Source: an uncultured delta proteobacterium (GTDB taxonomy: Bacteria; Myxococcota_A; Polyangia; Fen-1088). Taken from it: DNA of 64,000 nucleotides. A program made the position numbers and the translations under genes. This document shows, piece after piece, positions 1-9,408 of this stretch (within the stretch, counting starts at the first letter, position 1; each line of letters begins with the position of its first letter). The notes under the pieces were generated by a model, which saw nothing but the letters and a program-made list of their open reading frames with translations, had not been told where the DNA came from and did not search any database. Location of the stretch: NCBI GenBank assembly GCA_963796685.1, contig CAWCMR010000025.1, forward strand, positions 1,152,001 to 1,216,000, written 5' to 3'.

Positions 1-454
1 CGAGGGCCGCGCGCAAGGCTTGCTCGGCCGCGTGTTGCAACGACTTGGGATGGCCGGCGCTGCCGGTTTCGAGCTTGGTGTTGGGATCGACCGGCGCCGG
101 GCGAATCGCGAAACGCGCCAGCTGGGGCGATCCGGAGGCGTAGATTCTGACCAGCAGGGTCTCGATGTCATCGATCGGCTGCCCAAGCTTGCTCAGGGCC
201 TGGCCAGCCACCAGCGCCGGCAGGGGATGGCCGGCACGGATATCGTGCATGGCGACCGTACGATATACCTGGGCGGCGACGTCCACGGCACCGGCCTCCA
301 CGAGGATGTCCGCGATGAGCGTCCGCACCTCGTAGTCGAGCGGAACCGACGCCAAAATCCGCTCGTAGACCGACAGAGCGCCCGCGAAATCGCCTCGTTG
401 GCGCAGGAGTCGAGCCTCGGCTCGGGCTTCACGCAAGGTGGTGATCATGGCCAT
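1..454 (-). CDS. TPR-like N-terminus of a larger protein running off the window edge (possibly a cyclic-nucleotide-binding protein)
   Basis: Manual translation from ATG 454: MAMITTLREARAEARLLRQRGDFAGALSVYERILASVPLDYEVRTLIADILVEAG..., open to base 1. Absent from the ORF track because the stop is outside the window. Confidence 0.6.
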   Translation of the reverse strand, partial: MAMITTLREARAEARLLRQRGDFAGALSVYERILASVPLDYEVRTLIADILVEAGAVDVAAQVYRTVAMHDIRAGHPLPALVAGQALSKLGQPIDDIETLLVRIYASGSPQLARFAIRPAPVDPNTKLETGSAGHPKSLQHAAEQALRAAL

Positions 455-534
455 TAGAGTCGGTCAAGGTCGGGGACGTGGCAAGAGCAGAAAGGAACCC
501 CTGAACCCGCGACAAGCTCAGCGACGGTTTCAGG

Positions 535-1098
535 TCAGTTGACACGGAAGATAGCGCACAGCATCTCGCTGGCGAAGTAGGCCGTGTCGGCTGGATCCTC
601 GATGCGTTTGGGGCGCAGGAAGGTGTTCATGATTCTTCCCCGGGTGTCGCGTCGCAGGTAGGGATCGCGCGGGGTCACGTAGCTGTGCCGGGTGCTGGCG
701 TCGCGCCACTCGCGGAACCCGATGCGTCCGCTTGGCTCGGCGGTCTCGACCAGGCCAACGTGCGTGCCGCACCCGGCCCCAAGATCGAAGAAGAGCACGT
801 CGCCGCCGCGGGCCTGGTCGGCGTGGACCTGGGCAAACTGCCCGCGCATGAAAGCGAAGAGCGCAGGCACGCTGCCGTCGGTTCCGAAGCGAACGCCACG
901 CGCATGGAGCGATTCCTCCACCAAGGAGGCGGCACTTCGTTTCGGGTGGTGCTGCCCCGACTTGTGCGCTCCGAGCACATTGGATTCCGAGCGGAACTGC
1001 GCCGACGGAACATAGAGGCTTTGCGAAGAGACCGTCGAACAACCGGCCACCGCGGTTAGGGCGATTAGAAACCCGAGCCTGGATAACGATGCCTGCAT
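535..1098 (-). CDS. NlpC/P60- or CHAP-like lipoprotein, catalytic Cys apparently absent
   Basis: Lipobox VAGC; GDVLFFD and THVGLV motifs typical of NlpC/P60. Confidence 0.6.
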   Translation of the reverse strand: MQASLSRLGFLIALTAVAGCSTVSSQSLYVPSAQFRSESNVLGAHKSGQHHPKRSAASLVEESLHARGVRFGTDGSVPALFAFMRGQFAQVHADQARGGDVLFFDLGAGCGTHVGLVETAEPSGRIGFREWRDASTRHSYVTPRDPYLRRDTRGRIMNTFLRPKRIEDPADTAYFASEMLCAIFRVN

Positions 1099-1181
1099 GG
1101 ACTACATTGTAGCACTATGTAATTTCTAGACCTACATTTTGCTACCATTCGTCACCCAAGCCTGCTTGGCAACGCGTCAAG

Positions 1182-2261
1182 TCACAACGCTGCCAGAATC
1201 TGCTGCTTCGCGTCCTCGATTGGAATGTCGACCAGCACGGCCTCACCGGGTCGGGGCACGAAGACGAAGCGCACGGCATCGGATCGTCGCTTCTTGTCGA
1301 CCTCGATGCGGTCGAGCACCTTGGCGGTGAGGCGGGCGCGCACGTCGACCGGAAGCGAAAGCCGAACGAGCAGGGTTTGGGTGCGCGCGCGCAGACCGGG
1401 CACGGTCACGCCGCGCGCCTCGCCAAGCGCCAAGGCCGCGACCATGCCCAGGGAAACCGCCTCGCCATGCAAGAGCTCGTAGCCCGAGGCGGCCTCCACG
1501 GCGTGACCCACGGTGTGACCGAAGTTCAAGATGGCGCGGCGGCCGCGCTCGCGCTCGTCCTCGCTGACCACGTCGATCTTCACCTGCACCGCAGACGCAA
1601 TGGCGGCGGCCAGCGAGGCCGGGGAAAGCCCTTGGCCCGCCTCTGCCTCGAGCCTGGCGAGGAGGCCGGCGTCCGCAATTAGGGCCGCCTTGACGACTTC
1701 GGCCAAGCCGGCCGCAACCTCGCGTCGCGGAAGGGTGTCGAGAAAGCCCAAATCCGCCACCACCACGCGCGGCTGGTAAAAGGCACCCACCAGGTTCTTT
1801 CCCGCAGGAATGTCCACGCCGGTCTTGCCTCCGACAGACGCGTCCACCGCCGCAAGCAGCGTGGTCGGACACAGGGCGAAGGCCACGCCTCGCAAATAGA
1901 TGGAGGCGACGAACCCGGCGTGATCCGTGGCTGCGCCGCCGCCGATCCCGATGAGGGCACATCCGCGATCGTAGCCGTGCGCGGCCAGCCACTCGCAGGT
2001 GCGCTCGACAGCGGCCAGGTTCTTGGCCGATTCCCCCCTCGGCAGCAGAAAGCTCTGCACGCGCGGTAGGCGGGCGCCAAGCGCGGCCAGGAGCGGCGGC
2101 ACGCGCGGAGAGACCCGTGCCACCTGCTCGTCGACGAGCACGGCCACGCCGCTCGGCGTGCCTAGCGCAGCGGCGATTCGCTCCGCCACTTCCTCGGGTG
2201 TGTGGGGTGCGACGTGAACGTCGTAGCTGCGATCGGCCAGGGGTACGCGTAACGTGGTCAC
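1182..2261 (-). CDS. aroB: 3-dehydroquinate synthase
   Basis: GGGAATD, PTTLLAAVDASVGGKTG, LNFGHTVGHAVE and LHGEAV motifs; GTG start at 2261 after GAGGAG. Confidence 0.95.
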   Translation of the reverse strand: MTTLRVPLADRSYDVHVAPHTPEEVAERIAAALGTPSGVAVLVDEQVARVSPRVPPLLAALGARLPRVQSFLLPRGESAKNLAAVERTCEWLAAHGYDRGCALIGIGGGAATDHAGFVASIYLRGVAFALCPTTLLAAVDASVGGKTGVDIPAGKNLVGAFYQPRVVVADLGFLDTLPRREVAAGLAEVVKAALIADAGLLARLEAEAGQGLSPASLAAAIASAVQVKIDVVSEDERERGRRAILNFGHTVGHAVEAASGYELLHGEAVSLGMVAALALGEARGVTVPGLRARTQTLLVRLSLPVDVRARLTAKVLDRIEVDKKRRSDAVRFVFVPRPGEAVLVDIPIEDAKQQILAAL

Positions 2262-2313
2262 GCTCCTCGGACTACAACGACAGCCCGCGATGGGCAAGTC
2301 CTTGTCATGGCGA

Positions 2314-2799
2314 CTACGGGGGCGGCAGACACGCGTTGCCTGCGCTGCGAACGGAGAGGGCATGGGCGGGCTCGCCGCGACGGAGATGGGGGCGAAGGAG
2401 TTGCACGGGCAACGCTGGCCGCGGAGGCGGGTGCGTCGCCTTGACCGCCAAGGAGGCCGGCAGTTGCGCTGGCCCCACCTCGGGCGAATCGGGGCGCACC
2501 ACCCTTTGGGCCGTCGAGGGGCCACCCACGGCCAGGTGCATGCGCCATCGACGCACGGTCTTGCGCCCGATGCCCTTGATGCGCGCCAAATCGTCCACGA
2601 TGCGAAAGGGATGGGCGCGCCGGTAGGCCAGGATGTTGCGCACACGCGCCGGTCCCACGCCAGGGATCAGGCGCAATTCCTCCGGCGTGGCCGTGTTCAG
2701 GTTCACCACCCCTTCCAGCATGGTCTTGTCCGCCCACGCCGACGACGTGGTTGCGAAAGACGCGACCATGACCACAGCGACAACAAACCATCGCAGCAT
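2314..2799 (-). CDS. comEA: ComEA-family helix-hairpin-helix DNA-binding protein
   Basis: Signal peptide, then VNLNTATPEELRLIPGVG...IKGIGRKT. Confidence 0.8.
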   Translation of the reverse strand: MLRWFVVAVVMVASFATTSSAWADKTMLEGVVNLNTATPEELRLIPGVGPARVRNILAYRRAHPFRIVDDLARIKGIGRKTVRRWRMHLAVGGPSTAQRVVRPDSPEVGPAQLPASLAVKATHPPPRPALPVQLLRPHLRRGEPAHALSVRSAGNACLPPP

Positions 2800-3124
2800 G
2801 CTGTCTTCTCGGCAACGGCACCGAAAAAGTTGCGTGCGACGTCGTTCAGGCCCTGGGCTCTCTTCTCCCTCTGCGCCCTCAAGAGGTGTCCAGAAATCGG
2901 GCTGGGAGTGAGGTCGATTTTTCCGTGGTCGTTGCTGCTGGCTGCACACCTGGTTCCTCGTCCCTATTCCTTTCCGTGGGCAGCACTTCTCAGACACGCG
3001 CTAAGGAAGCCAGGAAGCCAGGAATGGAAATCAAGCGCGTCTTTGCCTCCCAACGCCGACGACGCTGCCGGCTTTGTTCTCTTTCCCCCTGCTTTCCTGG
3101 CTTCCTCAGACGTTTATTCCGGCT

Positions 3125-3168
3125 CCCTCTCCGTCCCGGCCCGACGGGAGAGGGGCCGGGGGTGAGGA
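3125..3168. repeat. REP-like palindromic element
   Basis: CCCTCTCC...GGGAGAGGG...GGTGAGG, same motif as 11445-11568 and 20046-20250. Confidence 0.5.
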
Positions 3169-3270
3169 GTCGTTCCTCCAACGCGGCACTGGCCATTGTC
3201 TCGCGGCTACCGGTTGTCACCCGTTCGACCCGAGCCCTGATCACCAATTTCTGGACACATCTTCAGTCTC

Positions 3271-4011
3271 TTAGAAAAAACTGTCGTGAAGAACCTCGGA
3301 CAGCAGGTTGCACAAGGCATGGAAGATCGCGCCCGGCGCAACCGACCCGGAGCGGCTGCGCATCCACCCGAAGGCCAGGGCGGGAAAGAAGACCGCCAAG
3401 CGGGCAGGCTGAAAATCGACCAGGAAGTGACCCAGGGCAAACAGGACGCTGGTGATCAGCAAGGGCCATCCCACCGCTGCCCCCCACAGGCGGCGTTGCG
3501 AGGGGAACCGCTCCTCGAAGCGCGACATCAGGTAGCCGCGAAAGAAGACCTCCTCGGGAACGGCGACGACCAGAATCTGTGAGAGCGCCAGAACCAAGAA
3601 TCCCTCGGGCAGCCGCAGGTGCATTCCCGCGACGCCGCGCCAGTGCGAACAGATGGGAGCCACGACGCGTGCGATGTCGAACCTTGGACAAAGCGCGCCG
3701 TAGTAGATGAAGAAACCAAGAATGAACACGGGCCAGGTGACAAGCAGGGCGAGGCCCAGGACGCGCAAGCCGGGGCCGACGGGAGCAAGCGTGATGCCCG
3801 CTGCCCGATCATCGAAAGCCTGCCCCGACAACCTGGCCGCCAGCTGCGGACCCACCAGAAACACGCACGCGATCGCCCCGTTCATGACCTGCTGGACGAA
3901 ACCGACCGAGCGACCGATCCAGTAGAGGCTCGCCGCAACGACGATGGCGACGGTGAAAGCAAGGAGCGGCTCGGCGAGGCTGGTGGGTGCTTGCTCTCGA
4001 CGCTCCGGCAC
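3271..4011 (-). CDS. CPBP (Rce1/Abi-like) glutamic intramembrane protease, myxosortase-like
   Basis: PEEVFFRG, LFALGH and FHALCN motifs; multiple TM segments; start GTG 4011 inferred from an upstream GGAG. Confidence 0.85.
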   Translation of the reverse strand: MPERREQAPTSLAEPLLAFTVAIVVAASLYWIGRSVGFVQQVMNGAIACVFLVGPQLAARLSGQAFDDRAAGITLAPVGPGLRVLGLALLVTWPVFILGFFIYYGALCPRFDIARVVAPICSHWRGVAGMHLRLPEGFLVLALSQILVVAVPEEVFFRGYLMSRFEERFPSQRRLWGAAVGWPLLITSVLFALGHFLVDFQPARLAVFFPALAFGWMRSRSGSVAPGAIFHALCNLLSEVLHDSFF

Positions 4012-4040
4012 GACCGCTTGCTCCGTGACCGGCAGCGTCG

Positions 4041-4310
4041 CTATCCGAAGAGCCCACCCAGGTCGTTCAAGCTGGCCATGGCGGAAGCCGCCTCGGCCTT
4101 GGCGCTGGCCAGACGATCGGGTGCGGCATGATCGATGGGTGCGCCGGGTGCGCGCAGGCAGGTCAGAAGATCGCCAAGCTGGCTGTCGAGCGCGACCAGG
4201 GCTTCCCGGCTGCGCCGGAGCGCGGCGACTGTCTTCCCCATGGTGAGGCGCGAGCGCTCGGGGAGCACCTGTCTCCCCGTAACCTTGATTGCCCGGCGCG
4301 CGAGTCTCAT
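4041..4310 (-). CDS. small helical hypothetical protein
   Basis: Co-oriented ORF filling the gap between the PilZ and CPBP genes. Confidence 0.4.
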   Translation of the reverse strand: MRLARRAIKVTGRQVLPERSRLTMGKTVAALRRSREALVALDSQLGDLLTCLRAPGAPIDHAAPDRLASAKAEAASAMASLNDLGGLFG

Positions 4311-4372
4311 GGATCGAGTCTCGACAACACGGCGATTCTGTCAACTTTCTCGATCGAGTTTTGAGACGGCGA

Positions 4373-4795
4373 TCAACTATTGCCGCGGATCTTCTCTTCG
4401 TCGTCGCTGAGATAGGCGAAGGTGCGGACCAGGCCCAGAATTCGGTCGCGTTGCGCGGGGGTCAGATCCACGAACTGCACGCCCATGCCGGGATTGATGC
4501 TGTCCGCGCCGTGCGGCTGATTGACCCAGATGACCCTGCCGTCCACGTCCAGCCGCGAGCCATCCTGGGTGCGAAAACGCAGGTTCAGCAAGGTGCCGGG
4601 CGGCCGCGGGCTGGTGGTCTGGATGAAGATCCCCATGGCCGACATGTCGGTGATATAGGCGAACAGAAAGGTGTCGTCGCAGCGATAGTCCACCTCCAGG
4701 CACACCGCCACGCGCTCGTGCACGCGACGCTCGCGCCCGCGCCGCCGATCCTGAGGCACCTCGGTCTTGCGCTTGCGGCGTTCCTTGGCTGTCAT
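4373..4795 (-). CDS. PilZ-domain protein (myxobacterial TIGR02266 type)
   Basis: RRxxxR (ERRVHER) and DMSAMGIF motifs; PGMGVQF. Confidence 0.9.
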   Translation of the reverse strand: MTAKERRKRKTEVPQDRRRGRERRVHERVAVCLEVDYRCDDTFLFAYITDMSAMGIFIQTTSPRPPGTLLNLRFRTQDGSRLDVDGRVIWVNQPHGADSINPGMGVQFVDLTPAQRDRILGLVRTFAYLSDDEEKIRGNS

Positions 4796-4797
4796 GG

Positions 4798-7212
4798 CTA
4801 CTTGATCTCGATGAATCCGATCTGGGTTCGATCGCCGCCATCGTTGCTGCCGGCCGTGATCTTGAGCCGCTTGCCCTCCCCGCCTGGCCAGAAGCCCATG
4901 AGGACCGTGTATTTGCCCGCGGGGGTGGTCATGAGGGGAACGTCCACGTCATACCGATCGCGAATGTATTCGCCCGGCAACCAATAGTCTGTAGGGAAAG
5001 TGCCGTTGAGCAAGGGGTGGTCGCCCAGAAGGCGCGGCTCGCCCGGGGCGTCGAAGTGCACGAAGACGCGGAAGCCCGGCTTGGGCTTCTTGTACACGCG
5101 GAAATAGAGGGTGAGTGGGATCGTGCCTGGCCGGCGAATGCTGGGCGGAAAATCCGCCCCCACGAGCTCGATGGCATCCTCGAACATGGTGTGCATCGGG
5201 ATGCGCCACTTCCACGGTGCCGGCTGATCCGGCCATTCCATTTTGACCGCGCCTTCGGGTTTGACCGCGCCTTCGGGTTTGACCGCGCCTTCGGGCTTGG
5301 CGGTGCCCTCGGCCAGGTTGGGCCCGCTCGCCACGATCTTGGGCAGCACGGGCGCCATCCACACGTCCTTCTTGAGCGGATTCTCGTCCTTCTCGCCGTC
5401 CAGCTGGTTGGAGACCAGCAGGAAACGCGACGAGGATCCGTCGACCACGAAATAGCCGACATGCGCGGTCTTCAAGGCGACATCGAGCGGAGCAAGCTCG
5501 GTGGCCGACACCAGGGCGAACACGCGGTCCTTGCTGCGTAGGAATTCGGCCACGCGCTCGGTGGTGGGCAGGTCGACCATCTCCTTGTGGCTGTAGAAGC
5601 CCGCGCCCTGCGCCTCGACCTTGAAGCGGCCGATCCTCTCGCCGTGCGTGGCGAAGCGCCTATAGGACTCGAGCAGCGGCTTGAACGAGAGATGTTTCGA
5701 AAGCGATGGAACCAGGTATTGACCCAAGGTGAACGCGAAGATCAGGGCCACCGCCATCGCCGCCTGGATACCGTAGCGGCCGACTTCGACCACGGCCTTT
5801 TCGATCCGCCGGCGCCAAGGACCGGCGGCGCCCAGCTCGCGCATGGCCACGCGGCCGAGGGCGCGGCCGCGCGTGGCCAGCCCGGTGTACACGCCGCCCG
5901 CGAAGAGAACGCCGATGGCGAGGAAGAACGGCCCCATTTTCAACGTCGGTGGCCAATGGACCTTGGCCAGCGTGTGGACCGACACCAGCTCCTCGGGGCC
6001 GATGTCGAAGTCCCGCGCGACCACCATGGTCCCGGTGGCGATGAGCAAGCCGAGCACCGGTTCGGCGCGGTCGCCCTCCAGCGCTTCATCCAAGAGCACG
6101 CCGATGGCCAGGGCGATGGGCGCCAGGGCCACGAATCGCGCTTCCCCGGTCATGTGAACGAAAAAGCTCGACAGCGCGAAGCCGAAAGCCGCGAAGACGA
6201 GCAGGTAGAGCTGAACGAAGGCGTAGCGATCGCCGTCGGGCTCGTTTCCCCCGCCAAGACGGATGAGCGGCCGCCCGAGCGCGAAGACCGCGAGGGCGCT
6301 CCAGGGAAAGAGGCCAAACCCAAGCTGCCTGATGAGGTACTCGAAGGTGGTGGACGGCGCGCCGGCCCGAGGCACGCCCCCGAGCAGGAGGGAGAATTTG
6401 CCGGCCACGTTCCCGGTGGCGAGCGTGACGATGAAGAGAAGGATGCCCGCCACGACCACCGCGACGATGGCCGTGCGACCACGCGCGCCTTGCACAAGGA
6501 GCCCGCGGCCGAAGCTGACGTCCGCGGGGACATCCGGCCCCACGCCACGCGCGCAAATTTCCGCTCCGCCCTCCCCTCCGTCCCGCCGTGGCCGCAACCC
6601 GAATCCGACCAGCAGGCTGCCGGCCAAAGCGAGGCAAGGCAGCGCCACGCCGAGCAGGGCCCCGCCGGCAAGCAGCCCCATGCCAAGCCCCACGCAGGCG
6701 ATGAGCAGATGGCGCACCCGCCGCGTGCCATCCCCGGGCCAAGCGTAACGGCCGAATCCACCCAGGGCCAAGGCCAGGGCCGCCACCAGCGGCATATCGG
6801 ATACGATCTGGCGCGCCTCCAGGACGAACAGCGGCAGGGAGCCGAGAGCGAGGGCCGCGAGGATCGCAGCCCTCCGCCTGAAAAGCCCCAGTCCTGCCCA
6901 GTACACGGCGAGAATCGCGAGAATAGCGCACAGGCCGTTGCCAATGCGCCCGCCGAATTCACCCACCGAGAACACGCGCATGCCGACGGCGCTCAAGACC
7001 AGGTCGAGCGGTGGCTCGGCGGTGAACCTCTTGTCCACCGTGACGTCGAAGACAGACGAGCTGTCGGCCATGTCGCGCGCGTGCTCGGCGATCTTCAGCT
7101 TCCAGGGATCCCAGAAGCCGAACGATCCCAGCCGCGGCAGGATCAGCACGACCGCGAAAAGCGCGATCCACCAAACGGACGGTATCCGCCGCAATCTGTC
7201 GATGAAGCTCAT
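4798..7212 (-). CDS. ArnT/GT39-like (GT-C) integral membrane glycosyltransferase with C-terminal periplasmic domain
   Basis: FWDPW, PPLD and many TM helices; C-terminal VFVH...DH...W.PGE.IRD domain. Confidence 0.75.
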   Translation of the reverse strand: MSFIDRLRRIPSVWWIALFAVVLILPRLGSFGFWDPWKLKIAEHARDMADSSSVFDVTVDKRFTAEPPLDLVLSAVGMRVFSVGEFGGRIGNGLCAILAILAVYWAGLGLFRRRAAILAALALGSLPLFVLEARQIVSDMPLVAALALALGGFGRYAWPGDGTRRVRHLLIACVGLGMGLLAGGALLGVALPCLALAGSLLVGFGLRPRRDGGEGGAEICARGVGPDVPADVSFGRGLLVQGARGRTAIVAVVVAGILLFIVTLATGNVAGKFSLLLGGVPRAGAPSTTFEYLIRQLGFGLFPWSALAVFALGRPLIRLGGGNEPDGDRYAFVQLYLLVFAAFGFALSSFFVHMTGEARFVALAPIALAIGVLLDEALEGDRAEPVLGLLIATGTMVVARDFDIGPEELVSVHTLAKVHWPPTLKMGPFFLAIGVLFAGGVYTGLATRGRALGRVAMRELGAAGPWRRRIEKAVVEVGRYGIQAAMAVALIFAFTLGQYLVPSLSKHLSFKPLLESYRRFATHGERIGRFKVEAQGAGFYSHKEMVDLPTTERVAEFLRSKDRVFALVSATELAPLDVALKTAHVGYFVVDGSSSRFLLVSNQLDGEKDENPLKKDVWMAPVLPKIVASGPNLAEGTAKPEGAVKPEGAVKPEGAVKMEWPDQPAPWKWRIPMHTMFEDAIELVGADFPPSIRRPGTIPLTLYFRVYKKPKPGFRVFVHFDAPGEPRLLGDHPLLNGTFPTDYWLPGEYIRDRYDVDVPLMTTPAGKYTVLMGFWPGGEGKRLKITAGSNDGGDRTQIGFIEIK
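5243..5312. repeat. 18-bp in-frame tandem repeat (KPEGAV x3 plus a degenerate copy)
   Basis: TTGACCGCGCCTTCGGGT repeated. Confidence 0.9.
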
Positions 7213-7279
7213 GCGTGCACTCTGGCTGTCCTTTGCAGGGCCGGCACTCTAGCAGCGTGCTTGTGCAAAGGAAACACGA

Positions 7280-8170
7280 TCACGGGCGTCCGGGCGCGAA
7301 CGCGACCTCCGGGGACCGGCCGTGCACATGGCAGGTTTCCCCCGGCCTGAGCACGACCAGTCGTTCCGCGAGCCCACGTTCCCGACACAACCTTGCCAGC
7401 CAGGTCAGGGGTTCGTCGAGAGGCTCGTAGCCGAGCGGGAACTCCCCGTACGCGACGGGGACGAGCAGCTTGGCCCCGAGATCCTGGAAAGCCTGCAGTG
7501 CATCGAGCGGCGACATGTGGTCTGCCCGCTGGCTGGGCGGCTCGTAGCCGGCAATGGGCAGCAGGGCCACGTCCGGGTGCAAACGTCGGCCGATCTCCTC
7601 GAAACCCGAAAAATAAGCCGTGTCCCCCGCGTAGTACACCGAAGCCTGCCCGCACTTCACGATGTAGCCCACGGCGGAGCGCCAGGAACGATCGATAGGG
7701 CCACGGCGACCGTCGTGACGAGCGGCCACGGCCGTGATCTCCAAATCCCGGTGCTCCAGCGATTGCCCCGGTGCCAGCTCGACCTGGCGGTCGAAACCCA
7801 AACCACGCACCAGCGATATGCATCGCGGTGGAACCACGATCACGGCGCGCCGAGAGAGCTTGCGTAGGGTGGGTGGGTGCAATCGATCTTGGTGGGCGTG
7901 AGAAATGAGGACCAGGTCCGCTTCGGCCGCATCCGCGCTGTGCAGGCAAGCCGCCTCTTGGCGTCGCACGCCGAGAAGGAACTCGCCGAGAAATGGATCG
8001 ATGAGCAGCCGCGAGCGCTGGCTGGTCAGCATGACCGAGGCATGGCCCACGAAGGTCACGGCGAGGTGGCCTTGCGGCGGGTGCGCCACGGCCCTCGCCT
8101 GCTCGCGCGCTGGCCGCGCCAGAAGCCGGCGCATCACCGTGCGCAGCATCCGCAGCGAGAGCACCCGCAC
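7280..8170 (-). CDS. MBL-fold metallo-hydrolase with degenerate metal motif
   Basis: GHASV, LIDP, SHAHQDRL, YYAGDT and ALLPI motifs. Confidence 0.8.
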   Translation of the reverse strand: MRVLSLRMLRTVMRRLLARPAREQARAVAHPPQGHLAVTFVGHASVMLTSQRSRLLIDPFLGEFLLGVRRQEAACLHSADAAEADLVLISHAHQDRLHPPTLRKLSRRAVIVVPPRCISLVRGLGFDRQVELAPGQSLEHRDLEITAVAARHDGRRGPIDRSWRSAVGYIVKCGQASVYYAGDTAYFSGFEEIGRRLHPDVALLPIAGYEPPSQRADHMSPLDALQAFQDLGAKLLVPVAYGEFPLGYEPLDEPLTWLARLCRERGLAERLVVLRPGETCHVHGRSPEVAFAPGRP

Positions 8171-8359
8171 CAGGCTGCTCTCGGAGGCCGGGCGCGCCCG
8201 GCGACGATGCTCGTGATCGAGCTTCCTTGGCCCGTTCGATCACTTTCCGCTGCCAATCGTCGTCGCCCTGCAAGACCATTCCCGCCTACAGTAGCGAGTC
8301 TGCGCGTGATGGTCGACCCGAACCCTTTCGATCCATGCTCGCGTGCTATGCTGGCCTGC

Positions 8360-9049
8360 ATGCGCACGACGTCTTTTTTTCTGCTTTCCCTTTCGGCTCT
8401 CTTCGTGCTGTCCGCCGGTTGCAAGAGATCGGCAGAAGGCGCCCCTGCGGCTGCGGCCAAGGCCGCGGCGGTCAAACCCTCGCTCGACAAACCCCAGACC
8501 TTGAATGAGCGTGCCAGCGACGTCTATCGGGCCAAGTTTGCCACGTCGAAGGGCGACTTCGTCATCGAGGTCCACCGCGATTGGGCGCCGGTCGGTGCCG
8601 ATCGCTTCTTCAACCTGGTGAAATACGGCTACTACAACGACACGCGCTTCTTCCGCGTGGTCAAGGGGTTCATGGCCCAGATTGGCATCAGCGGCCGGCC
8701 CGAGCTCAACACCATCTGGCGCGAGCAGCGCATCGCCGACGATCCGCCGAAGAAGTCGAACCTGCGCGGTTTCGTGTCCTTCGCCACCGCCGGGCCCGGC
8801 ACGCGCACCACCCAATTCTTCATCAACTACGCCGACAGCAACAGCCGCCTCGATACCATGGGCTTCGCGCCCTTCGGCCAGGTTGTGAGCGGCATGGAGG
8901 TCGTCGACGCCCTGTATGGCGACTACGGTGAAGGGGCGCCGCAGGGCCGCGGTCCCAACCAAGGCCGCATCCAGAACGAAGGGAATGCCTACCTTCTGCG
9001 CGACTTCCCACAGCTCGACTACGTGAAGGAAGCGACGATTCTGCCGTGA
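8360..9049 (+). CDS. cyclophilin-type peptidyl-prolyl cis-trans isomerase, lipoprotein
   Basis: Lipobox SAGC; FFRVVKGFMAQ, TQFFIN and PFGQVVSGMEVVD motifs. Confidence 0.92.
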   Translation: MRTTSFFLLSLSALFVLSAGCKRSAEGAPAAAAKAAAVKPSLDKPQTLNERASDVYRAKFATSKGDFVIEVHRDWAPVGADRFFNLVKYGYYNDTRFFRVVKGFMAQIGISGRPELNTIWREQRIADDPPKKSNLRGFVSFATAGPGTRTTQFFINYADSNSRLDTMGFAPFGQVVSGMEVVDALYGDYGEGAPQGRGPNQGRIQNEGNAYLLRDFPQLDYVKEATILP

Positions 9050-9109
9050 TGCCGGCTTTTCGCCGGCTGTCCACTTGCGGGCGGGGTGGGGCCTTGGTAC
9101 CGTCGTGCC

Positions 9110-9388
9110 ATGTTGGTTCGGTCCAAGCTCGCTGGCCCGGTTGCCGCCCTCGCCTTCGGTGCGGCCTTGTTCTTATCCGGTTGCTCGTCCAGCAAGCCGC
9201 GCGATCTCCAATACGGAACCGATGCCGACCTGTTCTACGTGCCCCAGGACGCGCCTCCCGCGACCACTGCGACTGACGCCCAAGCCATAGACGCCGAGCC
9301 CGCGGTCGACTCGGGGAATGCACTCGACTCCGACCAAGCCGTCGACGGCGGGGCGGTGCTCGACGCGTCCATCGATGGAGACGACTAG
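9110..9388 (+). CDS. small acidic lipoprotein
   Basis: Lipobox LSGC, then an Asp/Ala-rich tail. Confidence 0.6.
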   Translation: MLVRSKLAGPVAALAFGAALFLSGCSSSKPRDLQYGTDADLFYVPQDAPPATTATDAQAIDAEPAVDSGNALDSDQAVDGGAVLDASIDGDD

Positions 9389-9408
9389 GAAGGCGACAGG
9401 TCGCTGGA

